From NCBI GenBank assembly GCA_049517435.1, contig JBEKRZ010000002.1, forward strand, positions 77,659-141,658: a stretch of 64,000 nucleotides of DNA, read 5' to 3'. The translations under genes and the position numbers were made by a program. Each line of letters starts with the position of its first letter. The stretch's first letter is position 1. The notes beneath the pieces were generated by a model. It had not been told where the DNA came from. It saw only the letters and a list, made by a program, of their open reading frames with translations, and did no database searches. Source of the stretch: Smithella sp. (GTDB lineage Bacteria; Desulfobacterota; Syntrophia; Syntrophales; Smithellaceae). This document shows, one piece after another, positions 29,318 through 39,474 of this stretch.

Positions 29318-29731
29318 TTAAAATGGAACATCATCTACAGGAACGCTGCCATTATTGAAGCTTTCGGGCGAAGAGTCGGGAGATGATTCACTTGTTTTGT
29401 TCTGACCTTTAGAATCCAGCATTTGCATGTTGGAAGCTATAATTTCAGTAGTGTAGCGCTTAACGCCATCCTTATCTTCCCACGAACGGGTTTGAATCCG
29501 CCCTTCCACGAAAATAAGTTTGCCTTTAACAAGATAGTTGCCGCATATCTCGGCTAATTTTCCAAAAGTAACTATTCTATGCCACTCCGTTTTTTGAACT
29601 TTTTCTCCGTTTTTATCTTTCCATTGTTCGTCTGTGGCTAAATTAAAATTTGTGATCATTGTTCCATCGGGCGTATAACGAACTTCCGGATCTTTACCCA
29701 GCCTGCCAATCAATATTGCTTTATTTACCAT
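29318..29731 (-). CDS. ssb: single-stranded DNA-binding protein
   Basis: The product begins [23 protein letters not shown]...[11 protein letters not shown] and ends with the acidic tip DDVPF. The start was set at the internal ATG at 29731. Confidence 0.93.
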   Translation of the reverse strand: MVNKAILIGRLGKDPEVRYTPDGTMITNFNLATDEQWKDKNGEKVQKTEWHRIVTFGKLAEICGNYLVKGKLIFVEGRIQTRSWEDKDGVKRYTTEIIASNMQMLDSKGQNKTSESSPDSSPESFNNGSVPVDDVPF

Positions 29732-29917
29732 TTTACCCACCCCCTGTTGATAAATCTTTACTATAATACATAACATCATCATTTGTGGCAAACTAATTTT
29801 GTGTAGAAAAATTTAAAAAAAACATTATTTGCCCTATAACGTCATACAATCACAATCATGCTTGACTATTTGGCAAAAAAAATATATTCAAACAAGCTTT
29901 ATAAAAATGGAGAAATT

Positions 29918-31399
29918 ATGGAAGATAATGATCTTTTAAACATACGTCGAGAAAAAATCTTGGCCTTAAAAGAAGCCGGTGTTGATTTATATCCCAACGA
30001 TGTACAACCCCAAAATACAACAGCAGAAATATTTGCCCAGTTTGGCCATTCCGACGGTGAAGCTCTAGCGCAGATAACAAATAGGTTCTCCATCGCCGGG
30101 CGTTTAATGGCCGTACGTAATTTCGGTAAAGCTGCGTTTATCAAAATTCAAGATAATAAGGGCCAAATTCAAAGTTACATAGCCAAAAGTATTCTAAGTG
30201 ATGATGCTTATTTTATTTTTAAAAAACTAGATATCGGCGATATCATTTATGTTTCAGGGAAACTCTTTCGCACTAAGACAGGAGAATTGACTATTGAGGC
30301 GGAGAATTTGATCCTGCTTTCTAAATCCATACGTCCTCTGCCGGAAAAGTGGCATGGCCTTACTGATATCGAAACAAGATATCGCCAGAGATATCTTGAT
30401 TTGATTACAAGTCCCAAGGTTAAAGAAATTTTTTACCGGCGCAGCCGCATTATCCAGCTTATTCGGCAATTTATGGACAAGCATGATTTTTTGGAAGTGG
30501 AAACACCGATGATGCAGCCACGCGCAGGAGGAGCTATCGCCCGGCCTTTTAAAACTCATCATAACGCTCTGGATATGGATTTTTACCTGCGGATTGCTCC
30601 CGAACTTTATTTAAAACGGCTTGTTACCGGTGGCTTGGAGAGAATCTACGAAATTAATCGTAACTTTCGTAATGAAGGTATTTCTACTTTTCATAATCCC
30701 GAATTTACCATGATGGAATTTTACCAGGCGTACAGTACTTATGAAAAATTGATGACCTTTACTGAAGACCTGTTTGCCTTTGTCGCTACCAATATATTTG
30801 GCGGGTTAAGATTTAATTATCAGAATACGGAAATCGATTTGACCCCGCCTTGGCGGCGCATATCCGTAAAAGAAGCTCTCGTACAAATAGCAGGCATGGA
30901 ACCAGCCGAATTGGAAAATCAAAACCAATCTTTAGCCTTTGCTCGAAGGGCTGGCTGCAAGGTGAAAGAAACCGATCATTTAGGGAAAATTTTAATGGCC
31001 ATTTTCGATGAGGTTGTCGAAAAGAAACTTGTTCAGCCAACATTTGTGACCAATTATCCAGTGGTCATATCTCCCCTTTCCAGGAGGTCAAACACTGATG
31101 CAGACCTTACCGATCGCTTTGAACTGTATATTTACGGCAGGGAAATTGCCAACGCCTTTTCGGAGTTAAACGATCCTGCCGAGCAGAGAGAAAGATTTCT
31201 GCAGCAATTACAAGAAAGAGAAGCTGGTGATGACGAAGCTCACGAAATGGACGAAGATTACATTCGAACATTGGAATATGCTATGCCGCCTACAGCCGGT
31301 GAAGGTATCGGCATTGACCGCCTGGTTATGCTTTTTACCGACTCAGCTTCTATCAGAGATGTCATTTTGTTTCCGCTACTGAGAACTAAACAGGAATAA
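29918..31399 (+). CDS. lysS: lysine--tRNA ligase (class II)
   Basis: The OB-fold N-domain is followed by class II motifs (FLEVETPMMQ, YLRIAPELYLKRL, FRNEG, GEGIGIDRLVML). The start is the ATG at 29918, preceded by GGAG. Confidence 0.95.
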   Translation: MEDNDLLNIRREKILALKEAGVDLYPNDVQPQNTTAEIFAQFGHSDGEALAQITNRFSIAGRLMAVRNFGKAAFIKIQDNKGQIQSYIAKSILSDDAYFIFKKLDIGDIIYVSGKLFRTKTGELTIEAENLILLSKSIRPLPEKWHGLTDIETRYRQRYLDLITSPKVKEIFYRRSRIIQLIRQFMDKHDFLEVETPMMQPRAGGAIARPFKTHHNALDMDFYLRIAPELYLKRLVTGGLERIYEINRNFRNEGISTFHNPEFTMMEFYQAYSTYEKLMTFTEDLFAFVATNIFGGLRFNYQNTEIDLTPPWRRISVKEALVQIAGMEPAELENQNQSLAFARRAGCKVKETDHLGKILMAIFDEVVEKKLVQPTFVTNYPVVISPLSRRSNTDADLTDRFELYIYGREIANAFSELNDPAEQRERFLQQLQEREAGDDEAHEMDEDYIRTLEYAMPPTAGEGIGIDRLVMLFTDSASIRDVILFPLLRTKQE

Positions 31400-31464
31400 A
31401 ATTAGGATATTAACTAATGTTTTCTAAGAAATAATATTGGTCTCGAATAATAGGATATAATATT

Positions 31465-32751
31465 TTGATACCTTATGAGCTTTTTATAAGTAAACGTTAT
31501 TTAAGTGCAAAGCGTAAACAAATATTTGTTTCGATCATTACGTTTATATCGATCTTTGGTATTTTTTTAGGTGTCGCGGCCTTGATCATCGTGCTGGCGG
31601 TGATGAATGGATTTGAAGAGGACTTACGCACAAAAATTTTAGGTATTAAATCCCATATTGAGCTGACAACTGATATGACCGGTCCCATGAAAGATTATCA
31701 GAAAGTTCGCGAACGAATTGCTGATATTGAAGGAGTTATTGCTTCCACACCGTTTATTTACAGCCAGGCAATGATCCGCAACGGTAATGGCGCTACAGGT
31801 GTAATCATTCGTGGTTTGGATACTCAAAGCGCTTTTAAAGTGATTAATTTGGGAAAAGTCAAGGAAGGAAACATTGAATATCTCAACAAAATTCCTCAAG
31901 AACTTTCTCTGAATAATAGAAATGAAAGTGTGCCGCTAGATGGAATTGTCATCGGTAAAGAAATGGCTCGAAATCTGGGGATTTTTCTTTATGATCCTAT
32001 CACTATTATTTCGCCGGTGAGTATTTCTACGCCAATGGGAATGGTGCCCCGCATGAAAAAATTTATTGTCGTTGGTATCTTCGAATCCGGGTTTTATGAA
32101 TATGATTCGACGCTGGCCTATTTATCTTTGCACAGCTGTCAGGATTTTTTACAAATTGGTGATACCGTTACAGGAATTGATATCAAAGTCGATGATATTT
32201 ACAAAGCAGATAGTATTGCCCGGAAAATTCAAAGTAAATTGGGCTTTCCCTTCTGGGCGCAAAACTGGATGCAGATGAACAAGAATTTTTTTTCCGCTTT
32301 AAAAATGGAGAAACGCGTCATGTTTATTATTCTGAGCTTAATTGTCCTTGTTGCCGCGTTTAATATAATCAGTGCATTGATAATGATCGTCATGGAAAAA
32401 AGTAAGGATATTGCCATTCTGAAATCAATGGGGGCAACTTCCCGCAGCATTATGAAAATATTTATTTATCAAGGTCTGATTATTGGTGTTATCGGCACGG
32501 CCCTGGGATGCGTTGCCGGCGTGACCGTAGCTTTAAATGTTCAGAAAGTATCGCTTTTTGTGGAGAAAATTTTCCATTTCAAGATTTTGCCAGGTGATGT
32601 TTATTACTTAAGTGAACTTCCATCCAAGGTTAACTATGTTGATGTTGTTATCATTGTTATCGGTACGCTGCTTATTTGCTTCTTATCAACAATTTATCCT
32701 TCTTTAAAGGCTTCAAAGTCGGATCCGGCCGAAGCATTGAGATACGAATAA
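31465..32751 (+). CDS. lolC: lipoprotein-releasing system permease (LolC/LolE family)
   Basis: The 428-aa product has MacB-like/FtsX architecture, starts FISKRYLSAKRKQIFVS, and has a periplasmic domain between TM1 and TM2. It is followed by lolD. Confidence 0.85.
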   Translation: MIPYELFISKRYLSAKRKQIFVSIITFISIFGIFLGVAALIIVLAVMNGFEEDLRTKILGIKSHIELTTDMTGPMKDYQKVRERIADIEGVIASTPFIYSQAMIRNGNGATGVIIRGLDTQSAFKVINLGKVKEGNIEYLNKIPQELSLNNRNESVPLDGIVIGKEMARNLGIFLYDPITIISPVSISTPMGMVPRMKKFIVVGIFESGFYEYDSTLAYLSLHSCQDFLQIGDTVTGIDIKVDDIYKADSIARKIQSKLGFPFWAQNWMQMNKNFFSALKMEKRVMFIILSLIVLVAAFNIISALIMIVMEKSKDIAILKSMGATSRSIMKIFIYQGLIIGVIGTALGCVAGVTVALNVQKVSLFVEKIFHFKILPGDVYYLSELPSKVNYVDVVIIVIGTLLICFLSTIYPSLKASKSDPAEALRYE

Positions 32752-32775
32752 ATTAAGATAGCCAATTTATATAAT

Positions 32776-33447
32776 ATGATTATACTAAAAAATTTGTCAA
32801 AAACATTTATTAAAGATGGAAATAAAATAGAAGTTTTGCGCGATCTGAACCTGCAAATAAAAAAAGGTGAATCATTGGCAATCCTTGGTGTGTCCGGTGC
32901 TGGCAAGAGCACACTCATTCATATTCTGGGTATGTTAGATCACCCTACCGAAGGTTGTCTTTCCATTGACGGCATGAACGTTTTTGAATGGGAAGAAGAA
33001 AAAATGGCTCGTTTCCGCAACTCGGCGATTGGGTTCGTTTTTCAATTTAATAATTTGCTTCCGGAATTCAACGCTATGGAAAATACCATGATGCCGGCTT
33101 TAATCAGCGGGATGTCCAAGAAACAAGCGACAGAAAAAGCTTGCAAATTGTTGAGTGAAGTTGGATTAGAACATAGAAAAAAGCACAAACCGGGAGAACT
33201 ATCCGGCGGCGAACAACAGCGCGTGGCAATTGCCCGTGCCTTGGTGATGGAGCCGGAAATATTGCTTGCCGACGAACCTACGGGAAATCTTGACACAGAG
33301 ACAGGAAAAAAGATAGAAGACATTTTAGTCAATTTAAATGCAACAAAAAGAATTACCCTCGTCACGGTGACTCATAACAAATTGCTTGCAGAAAGAATGT
33401 CCGACAGGATTTCCCTGCGCGATGGGAAGATATATGACTATAAATAA
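32776..33447 (+). CDS. lolD: lipoprotein-releasing system ATP-binding protein
   Basis: Motifs present are Walker [10 protein letters not shown], signature [14 protein letters not shown] and Walker [12 protein letters not shown]. Confidence 0.88.
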   Translation: MIILKNLSKTFIKDGNKIEVLRDLNLQIKKGESLAILGVSGAGKSTLIHILGMLDHPTEGCLSIDGMNVFEWEEEKMARFRNSAIGFVFQFNNLLPEFNAMENTMMPALISGMSKKQATEKACKLLSEVGLEHRKKHKPGELSGGEQQRVAIARALVMEPEILLADEPTGNLDTETGKKIEDILVNLNATKRITLVTVTHNKLLAERMSDRISLRDGKIYDYK

Positions 33448-36082
33448 AATAGTTTGTCAAACATGTTTAATCATTTTACTTTTAATCATTTTTTTTATTC
33501 CTCACGCGTATTCTCAGGAATTAAAAAAAATCAGCGTACTGCCTTTTGAAGTTTACAGTAGTGGCAATAGCGCGACAATCAAGGAATCTCTATATAAAAA
33601 TTTGGTCGAAGAATTAAAAAAGGAAAAACTTGTTCAAATAATTCCTACGGATGCCTTTCTTCAGAGCAATCTCAAAATGGATGAAAAACAGGCAATCAAA
33701 AATGGGAAATCCTTGGGTGCTGATTTTGTGATTATCGGCAGCTTAACCCAATTAGGTGAAACTTTAAGTATTGATGCCCAAATAATTGATGTAACCATGG
33801 CGAGTATTTTATCCACAGCTTCCGTTCAAGGCAAAGGGTTGGCCAATATGGGTGCGATAGCAGCGCAATTAAAAACAGAAATTCTTATTCGTACTGGGTT
33901 AGTTCAAAAAATATCCAGGGTTGAAATTAAAGGGAACCGGAAGATAGAATCTTCCGCGATCATCGCGCAAATCAAAAGCAAAGCAGGCAATCATTTTTTC
34001 GAAGCAGAAATTGCAGCTGATATTAAAACAATTTTCAAAATGGGCTTTTTTCTGGATGTAACTGCGGAGGCTACGTCAACACCAGAAGGGAAAGTCATCA
34101 CTTTTATTGTGCAGGAAAAAGGACTAATTTCAGAAATTCAGATCAACGGAAATAAAGCCTTAAGTAAAGATGATATTCAAGAAGTTCTGACAATTAAGAC
34201 TAAGCAAATTGTTGATCAGGAAAAAATTAAAGCGGATATAGAAAAAGTAAAAACACTTTATGACAATAAAGGTTATTACAATGCTGAGATAAACGATAAA
34301 GTCGAACGGGACGGAGAAAAAGATTTTCGCGTAATTTTTAACATTAAAGAAAATGACAGACTCTACGTTAAGTCGATCACTTTTGAAGGTAACGAAGCCT
34401 ACAGCTCAAAAGAATTGAAAAATATGATGAGCACTTCTGAGCACGGCATTTTTTCTTTTATCACCGATTCCGGTTTGCTCAAGCGCGATCAACTGAAACA
34501 AGACATTGGTAAATTAACTGCTTATTATTTCAATAATGGATTTATCAATTCTCAAGTTGGCGAACCGGAAATGACTATCGATAAAAAAGGGATTTACATA
34601 AAAATTAAAATTAAAGAAGGAAAAAGGTTTAAAGTTGACAAAGTGGAAATTTCCGGTGATTTACTGGAAAAATCCAGAGCGGAGTTATTGCAGTCCCTGA
34701 AAATAAAAAAAAGTGATAATTATAACCGCGAAGCAATCATAAAGGACATCGATTTTTTAACTCAAGCCTGCAATGATGAAGGTTATGCCAATGCCGATGT
34801 TAATCCCAAAATTAATCCCAAGGAAAATGAACAATTAGTTGATGTGGATTTTCATATAACTAAAGGAGAATTGGTTTATATTAATCGTATTAGCATTGCC
34901 GGCAATACTATTACCCGTGACAAAGTTATCCGGCGCCAGTTGGAAGTAACGGAAGGGGACTTGTATTCCAGCAGCAAATTAAAAAACGGTTATAGTAATC
35001 TTAATCGGCTCCGGTATTTTGAAGAGGTGGATTTTCAAACAGAAAAAGGACCGGATAAAAGTAAAGCAGACATCAATATCCGGGTCAAAGAAAAAAGTAC
35101 TGGTATGTTTATGGTGGGTGCCGGTTATAGCGCCGTTGATCAGGCCGTTATCATGGCGCAAATTACCCAACAGAATTTTCTAGGTTATGGTCAAATTTTA
35201 AGCCTGAAAGCATCTTTAGGTTCAACTACCAATAATATTGATTTATCTTTTACGGAACCATGGCTTTTTGACCTGCCCCTTTGGTCTCAAGTGAACATCT
35301 GGAAATACAAAAAAGACTATAACACTTACACCTTGGATACACGCGGTGTGGGGCTAACTTTAGGTCACCCTCTTTGGGAAAAAGTTGTCGGATACGTCGG
35401 CTATAAACTCACCTCCGATGATATTTCTGATGTTTTAGCTTCAGCTCCTTGGCAAATTATAGAGCAAAAAGGCCAATTAATCACTAGCGCCGTAACATTA
35501 TCTTTAGTTCGCGATACGAGGGATGATTATATTTTCCCCTCTAAAGGAACAAAGGCCAATATTTCAGTTACGCAAGCGGGAGGACTATTACAAGGCGACG
35601 CCAGTTATACCCAATATTCAGCCAGTCTTTTTGCTTATTATCCCCTGCCCTTAGATGTTGTTTTTGGAGCAAAGGGCCAAATCGGCTATATCCAAAGTAA
35701 CGATGGAGACGAAAATATCCCCATTTTCAATAGATTTGTTTTAGGTGGAATTAATTCTCTGCGCGGTTTTCGCTACATTGGTCCGATCAATCCGGGAACG
35801 GAAGATGTAATTGGTGGTACAACTATGTTACTCTTTAACTTCGAGCTAGTTTTTCCTTTAGTTAAGAATGCAGGTATGAAAGGCGTTATTTTTTACGACG
35901 CTGGCAACGCTTGGAACGACAGGTATTACCTTGATGATTTACGGCAGTCTGTGGGATTAGGTCTTCGCTGGTATTCACCTATCGGTCCTTTAAGGCTTGA
36001 ATATGGCTACATAGTTAACCACAAAGGATTAAGCGATGACTCAACCGGTCGCTGGGAATTTACCATCGGCGCAGCTATGTAA
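33434..36082 (+). CDS. bamA: outer membrane protein assembly factor BamA with an extra N-terminal domain
   Basis: POTRA repeats (VSRVEIKGNRKIESSAI..., ISEIQINGNKAL..., VKSITFEGNEAYS..., VDKVEISGD..., INRISIAGNTITRDKVIRRQL) are followed by an Omp85 barrel ending WEFTIGAAM. About 130 aa between the signal peptide and POTRA1 are extra. The start was set at the MTINK ATG at 33434. Confidence 0.9.
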   Translation: MTINKIVCQTCLIILLLIIFFIPHAYSQELKKISVLPFEVYSSGNSATIKESLYKNLVEELKKEKLVQIIPTDAFLQSNLKMDEKQAIKNGKSLGADFVIIGSLTQLGETLSIDAQIIDVTMASILSTASVQGKGLANMGAIAAQLKTEILIRTGLVQKISRVEIKGNRKIESSAIIAQIKSKAGNHFFEAEIAADIKTIFKMGFFLDVTAEATSTPEGKVITFIVQEKGLISEIQINGNKALSKDDIQEVLTIKTKQIVDQEKIKADIEKVKTLYDNKGYYNAEINDKVERDGEKDFRVIFNIKENDRLYVKSITFEGNEAYSSKELKNMMSTSEHGIFSFITDSGLLKRDQLKQDIGKLTAYYFNNGFINSQVGEPEMTIDKKGIYIKIKIKEGKRFKVDKVEISGDLLEKSRAELLQSLKIKKSDNYNREAIIKDIDFLTQACNDEGYANADVNPKINPKENEQLVDVDFHITKGELVYINRISIAGNTITRDKVIRRQLEVTEGDLYSSSKLKNGYSNLNRLRYFEEVDFQTEKGPDKSKADINIRVKEKSTGMFMVGAGYSAVDQAVIMAQITQQNFLGYGQILSLKASLGSTTNNIDLSFTEPWLFDLPLWSQVNIWKYKKDYNTYTLDTRGVGLTLGHPLWEKVVGYVGYKLTSDDISDVLASAPWQIIEQKGQLITSAVTLSLVRDTRDDYIFPSKGTKANISVTQAGGLLQGDASYTQYSASLFAYYPLPLDVVFGAKGQIGYIQSNDGDENIPIFNRFVLGGINSLRGFRYIGPINPGTEDVIGGTTMLLFNFELVFPLVKNAGMKGVIFYDAGNAWNDRYYLDDLRQSVGLGLRWYSPIGPLRLEYGYIVNHKGLSDDSTGRWEFTIGAAM

Positions 36083-36149
36083 ATAAGAAATGGAAGAAAC
36101 AAAATTAAAATTTGTTTTAGCCACAATAAATTAAGAGAGGAGATTTTAT

Positions 36150-36668
36150 ATGAAAAGAAGTTTTTACCTAATGGCAGGCATTATCTTGTTTGTTTTTATC
36201 TGGAGCACGAGCTCTTTTGCGGTGGATAAAATTGGTTTTATTAACTTGCAGGAAATAATGCAAAATTCCAATGCCGGCAAAAAGGCTGCAGAAGATTTTA
36301 AAAAATTCTACGAAAAAGAAACCCAGGAAATCAAATCATCAGAAAAAGAATTAAAGAAAATGAAGGATGAACTGGAAAAACAAAGTTCAATTATGACGCA
36401 AAGCTCACAAAAAGAAAAGGAAACTGCTTACCAGAAGAAATTGCGTGATTATCAATTGCAGGTCAATGATACGAATGAAGAGCTAAAAAAACGCGATCAA
36501 GAGATGACTCAAAAGCTTATGCCGGGAATAATGAAAATTGTCCGTGCTATCGCTGAAAAAGAAAAATATACTTTGGTTATTGATGTCGCAACTATGCCTA
36601 TACCTTATTATGCCAAGGAAAATGATTTTAGCAAAAAAGTTATAGAAGATTTTAATAAATTAAAATAA
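36150..36668 (+). CDS. skp: periplasmic chaperone OmpH/Skp
   Basis: The 172-aa product has a signal peptide and a coiled-coil K/E-rich body, and the gene occupies the canonical position between bamA and lpxD. Confidence 0.85.
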   Translation: MKRSFYLMAGIILFVFIWSTSSFAVDKIGFINLQEIMQNSNAGKKAAEDFKKFYEKETQEIKSSEKELKKMKDELEKQSSIMTQSSQKEKETAYQKKLRDYQLQVNDTNEELKKRDQEMTQKLMPGIMKIVRAIAEKEKYTLVIDVATMPIPYYAKENDFSKKVIEDFNKLK

Positions 36669-36687
36669 TTAAGGAAATTTTCATTAA

Positions 36688-37713
36688 ATGAAAATGACGC
36701 TTGCGGAAATAGCCTTGTTTCTTGGCGGTGCTGTCATTGGCGCTGATGATACAATTATCAACAATATCCGCTCTATTGATGAAGCAAATGAAGGCGACCT
36801 CACCTTTATAGCCAATAAGAAGTATTTTCAAAAACTAAAGCTTACTAAAGCGTCGGCTATTCTTGCACCACAGCAAACAGTGGCGGAAGGCAGGAATCTG
36901 GTTATTGTAGATGACCCTTACGTTGCTTTGGGAAAACTATTAACACTTTTTTATCCGTTAGAACATGGTCGCAGTGGTGTAAGTCCGGACGCTTATATTG
37001 AAGATGGTGCTATTGTGTCTCCGGAAGCAACAATTTTTCCCCGGGCTTTTATCAGCAAGGGGGCAAAGATCGGTAAGGGGGCTGTTATTTACCCCGGTGT
37101 TTTTGTAGGCTGTGATTCTTTCATTGGTGAAAATTCAATACTCTATGCCAATGTCACTGTTTATCACTCTTCCATCATTGGTAAACGGGTAATTTTGCAT
37201 TCTGGAGTTGTGGTCGGCGCTGACGGATTTGGTTTTGCATCTCCCGGCGGGGACAATACCAAAATTCCGCAAGTTGGTTTTGTGCAAATTGATGATGATG
37301 TGGAAATCGGAGCCAATACCACTATTGATCGCGCCGCGCTGGGAAGAACTTGGATTCAGCGCAATGTTAAAATTGATAATCTTGTCCAGATTGCCCATAA
37401 TGTTGTTATTGGTGAAAACTCAGCGATTGCCGCTCAAGTCGGTATTTCGGGAAGCACTAAACTGGGCAGAAGTGTAATGGTTGGCGGACAGACGGGGATG
37501 GTCGGACATATTAGTATTGGTGACAATGTAATGATCGCGGCAGCATCATCAATCCATAAGAATATTAAGTCCGGACAAATTGTTGGCGGAAGTCCGCAAT
37601 TGCCGCATAAACAATGGTTGAAAGTTCTGGCCTGCTGGGTAAAACTTCCGGAGATGAGAGCAACGCTTGAGGAGCTAGTAAAGAAAGTGGAAGATCTCCA
37701 ATCGAAAAAATAG
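36688..37713 (+). CDS. lpxD: UDP-3-O-acylglucosamine N-acyltransferase
   Basis: The 341-aa product has the LpxD N-terminal domain and hexapeptide-repeat left-handed beta-helix (IGENSILYANVTVYHSSIIGKRVILHSGVVVGADGFGF). Confidence 0.92.
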   Translation: MKMTLAEIALFLGGAVIGADDTIINNIRSIDEANEGDLTFIANKKYFQKLKLTKASAILAPQQTVAEGRNLVIVDDPYVALGKLLTLFYPLEHGRSGVSPDAYIEDGAIVSPEATIFPRAFISKGAKIGKGAVIYPGVFVGCDSFIGENSILYANVTVYHSSIIGKRVILHSGVVVGADGFGFASPGGDNTKIPQVGFVQIDDDVEIGANTTIDRAALGRTWIQRNVKIDNLVQIAHNVVIGENSAIAAQVGISGSTKLGRSVMVGGQTGMVGHISIGDNVMIAAASSIHKNIKSGQIVGGSPQLPHKQWLKVLACWVKLPEMRATLEELVKKVEDLQSKK

Positions 37714-37741
37714 ATTTTCAATAAATATAAAGGTTAGATAA

Positions 37742-38515
37742 ATGAAAATTCATCCTACGGCAATTATTGCTCCGGACGCTGAACTGGAAGAAGGAGTGGA
37801 GATTGGTCCTTATTCGATAATTAGAGCCGATGTTAAAATCGGGAAAAACACAATCATCGGCCCCCACACGGTAATTGACAACTATACCCATATTGGCGAA
37901 GGTTGTAACATCTTTCATTTCTGTTCCATAGGTGCTCCTCCTCAGGATTTGAAATTCGGCGGAGAAAAAACCAGAGTAGTTATTGGAAATTTTAATACAA
38001 TCAGAGAATATGTCAGTATTCATCGAGGCACAAGTGCCGATATTGGGATGACCATTGTTGGTGATAACAACCTGCTGATGGCCTATGTCCATATTGCTCA
38101 CAATTGTAAATTAGGTAATAACATTATCATATCCAATTCGACAGGACTGGCCGGACATGTCCATGTGGAAGATCATGCGATCATCAGCCCTCTGAGCGGT
38201 GTTCATCAATTCTGCCGCATCGGCGCACACTGCATGATTGGCGGGGCATCCGCAGTCGTCAAAGATGTTCCCCCCTATACTCTGGCTCAAGGCAATCATG
38301 CCAAACTTTTCGGGTTGAACATAATAGGCTTAAAAAGAAGAAACTTTTCCGAAAAAAGCATCAAAGCGATAACCGATGCTTATCGTATTGTTTTTCGTTC
38401 TTCGCTGCTATTGGATGCGGCCATAAAAAAAGTGGAATCCGAAGTGGATAATTTACCTGAGGTACGTAATTTTATCAAATTTATCAAAGAATCCGAAAGA
38501 GGCATTTGCCGTTGA
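37742..38515 (+). CDS. lpxA: acyl-ACP--UDP-N-acetylglucosamine O-acyltransferase
   Basis: The 257-aa product begins [27 protein letters not shown], has hexapeptide repeats and the C-terminal helical domain. Confidence 0.92.
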   Translation: MKIHPTAIIAPDAELEEGVEIGPYSIIRADVKIGKNTIIGPHTVIDNYTHIGEGCNIFHFCSIGAPPQDLKFGGEKTRVVIGNFNTIREYVSIHRGTSADIGMTIVGDNNLLMAYVHIAHNCKLGNNIIISNSTGLAGHVHVEDHAIISPLSGVHQFCRIGAHCMIGGASAVVKDVPPYTLAQGNHAKLFGLNIIGLKRRNFSEKSIKAITDAYRIVFRSSLLLDAAIKKVESEVDNLPEVRNFIKFIKESERGICR

Positions 38516-38519
38516 TGTT

Positions 38520-39473
38520 ATGAATGTAAAGAGAAAGAAAATAAAGGTCGGCGTTATCGGGATCGGCCATCTAGGCAATTATCATCTGCAAAAATATCAG
38601 AAATTAGAAATTTGTGAGATCACAGCTGTATCTGACATGATTACTGATCGTGCCCAAAAAGCAGCCGGGATTTATAAATGTGCCACATTCTCTGATTATC
38701 GCGCAATGCTGGATAAAGTTGATGCTGTGAGCATTGCCGTTCCTACCAGTGAACATTACAAGGTCGCCAGGGATTTTTTGGCGGCAGGCGTGGATGTATT
38801 GATAGAAAAACCTATCTGCGCAACTTTGGAAGAAGCAGATGAATTAATAGGATTAGCAAAGAAGAAGAATTTGATTCTTCAGGTTGGCTTTGTCGAAAGA
38901 TTCAATCCCGCAATAATGGCTCTGGAAAATGTTATAGAGAAGCCGATGTTCATTGAATCACATCGATTGCATCCTTTCTTTGAGCGCGGTACTGATGTTG
39001 ACGTTATCCTGGATTTGATGATTCACGACCTCGACATTATTTTAAAATTTGTGAATTCTCCGATTATAGGGGTGGAGGCTGTCGGTGTTCCTATTCTTTC
39101 CGATAAAATTGATATTTCCAATGTGCGGATTTCCTTTGCCACCGGCTGTATCGCCAATATTACAGCCAGCCGCATAAGCGCTAAAACCATGCAAAAGATC
39201 CGTTTTTTCGGCCCCGGAGGATATCACTCGGTCGATTGTCAGAAGCGGGAAATTTTATCTTTGAGCAAAAGAAAAAATGAGGCTGGTCAACAGCAGATTG
39301 TTCAAAATAATATCGAAGTGGGTAACCATGATTCCTTAGAGGAAGAAATTCGTTCTTTTATCAATGCTGTCGTCAACCGTTCCATGCCGTTTATTTCCGG
39401 TGAAGATGCTCGCAAATCTCTGGAATTGGCCCTTGATATAATTAAAAAAATGAGAGTTGCCGAGGTAATATAA
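38520..39473 (+). CDS. gnnA: Gfo/Idh/MocA-family oxidoreductase, GnnA-like (UDP-GlcNAc 3-dehydrogenase) by context
   Basis: It has a Rossmann N-terminus IKVGVIGIGHLGNYH and an EKP motif (LIEKPICAT). It is embedded between lpxA and lpxB and paired with a DegT-type aminotransferase. Confidence 0.65.
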   Translation: MNVKRKKIKVGVIGIGHLGNYHLQKYQKLEICEITAVSDMITDRAQKAAGIYKCATFSDYRAMLDKVDAVSIAVPTSEHYKVARDFLAAGVDVLIEKPICATLEEADELIGLAKKKNLILQVGFVERFNPAIMALENVIEKPMFIESHRLHPFFERGTDVDVILDLMIHDLDIILKFVNSPIIGVEAVGVPILSDKIDISNVRISFATGCIANITASRISAKTMQKIRFFGPGGYHSVDCQKREILSLSKRKNEAGQQQIVQNNIEVGNHDSLEEEIRSFINAVVNRSMPFISGEDARKSLELALDIIKKMRVAEVI

Positions 39474-39474
39474 A

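Noticed and set aside
37718-38101. A 127-aa minus-strand ORF.
   Set aside because: It is antisense to lpxA, and hexapeptide-repeat genes commonly produce open antisense frames.
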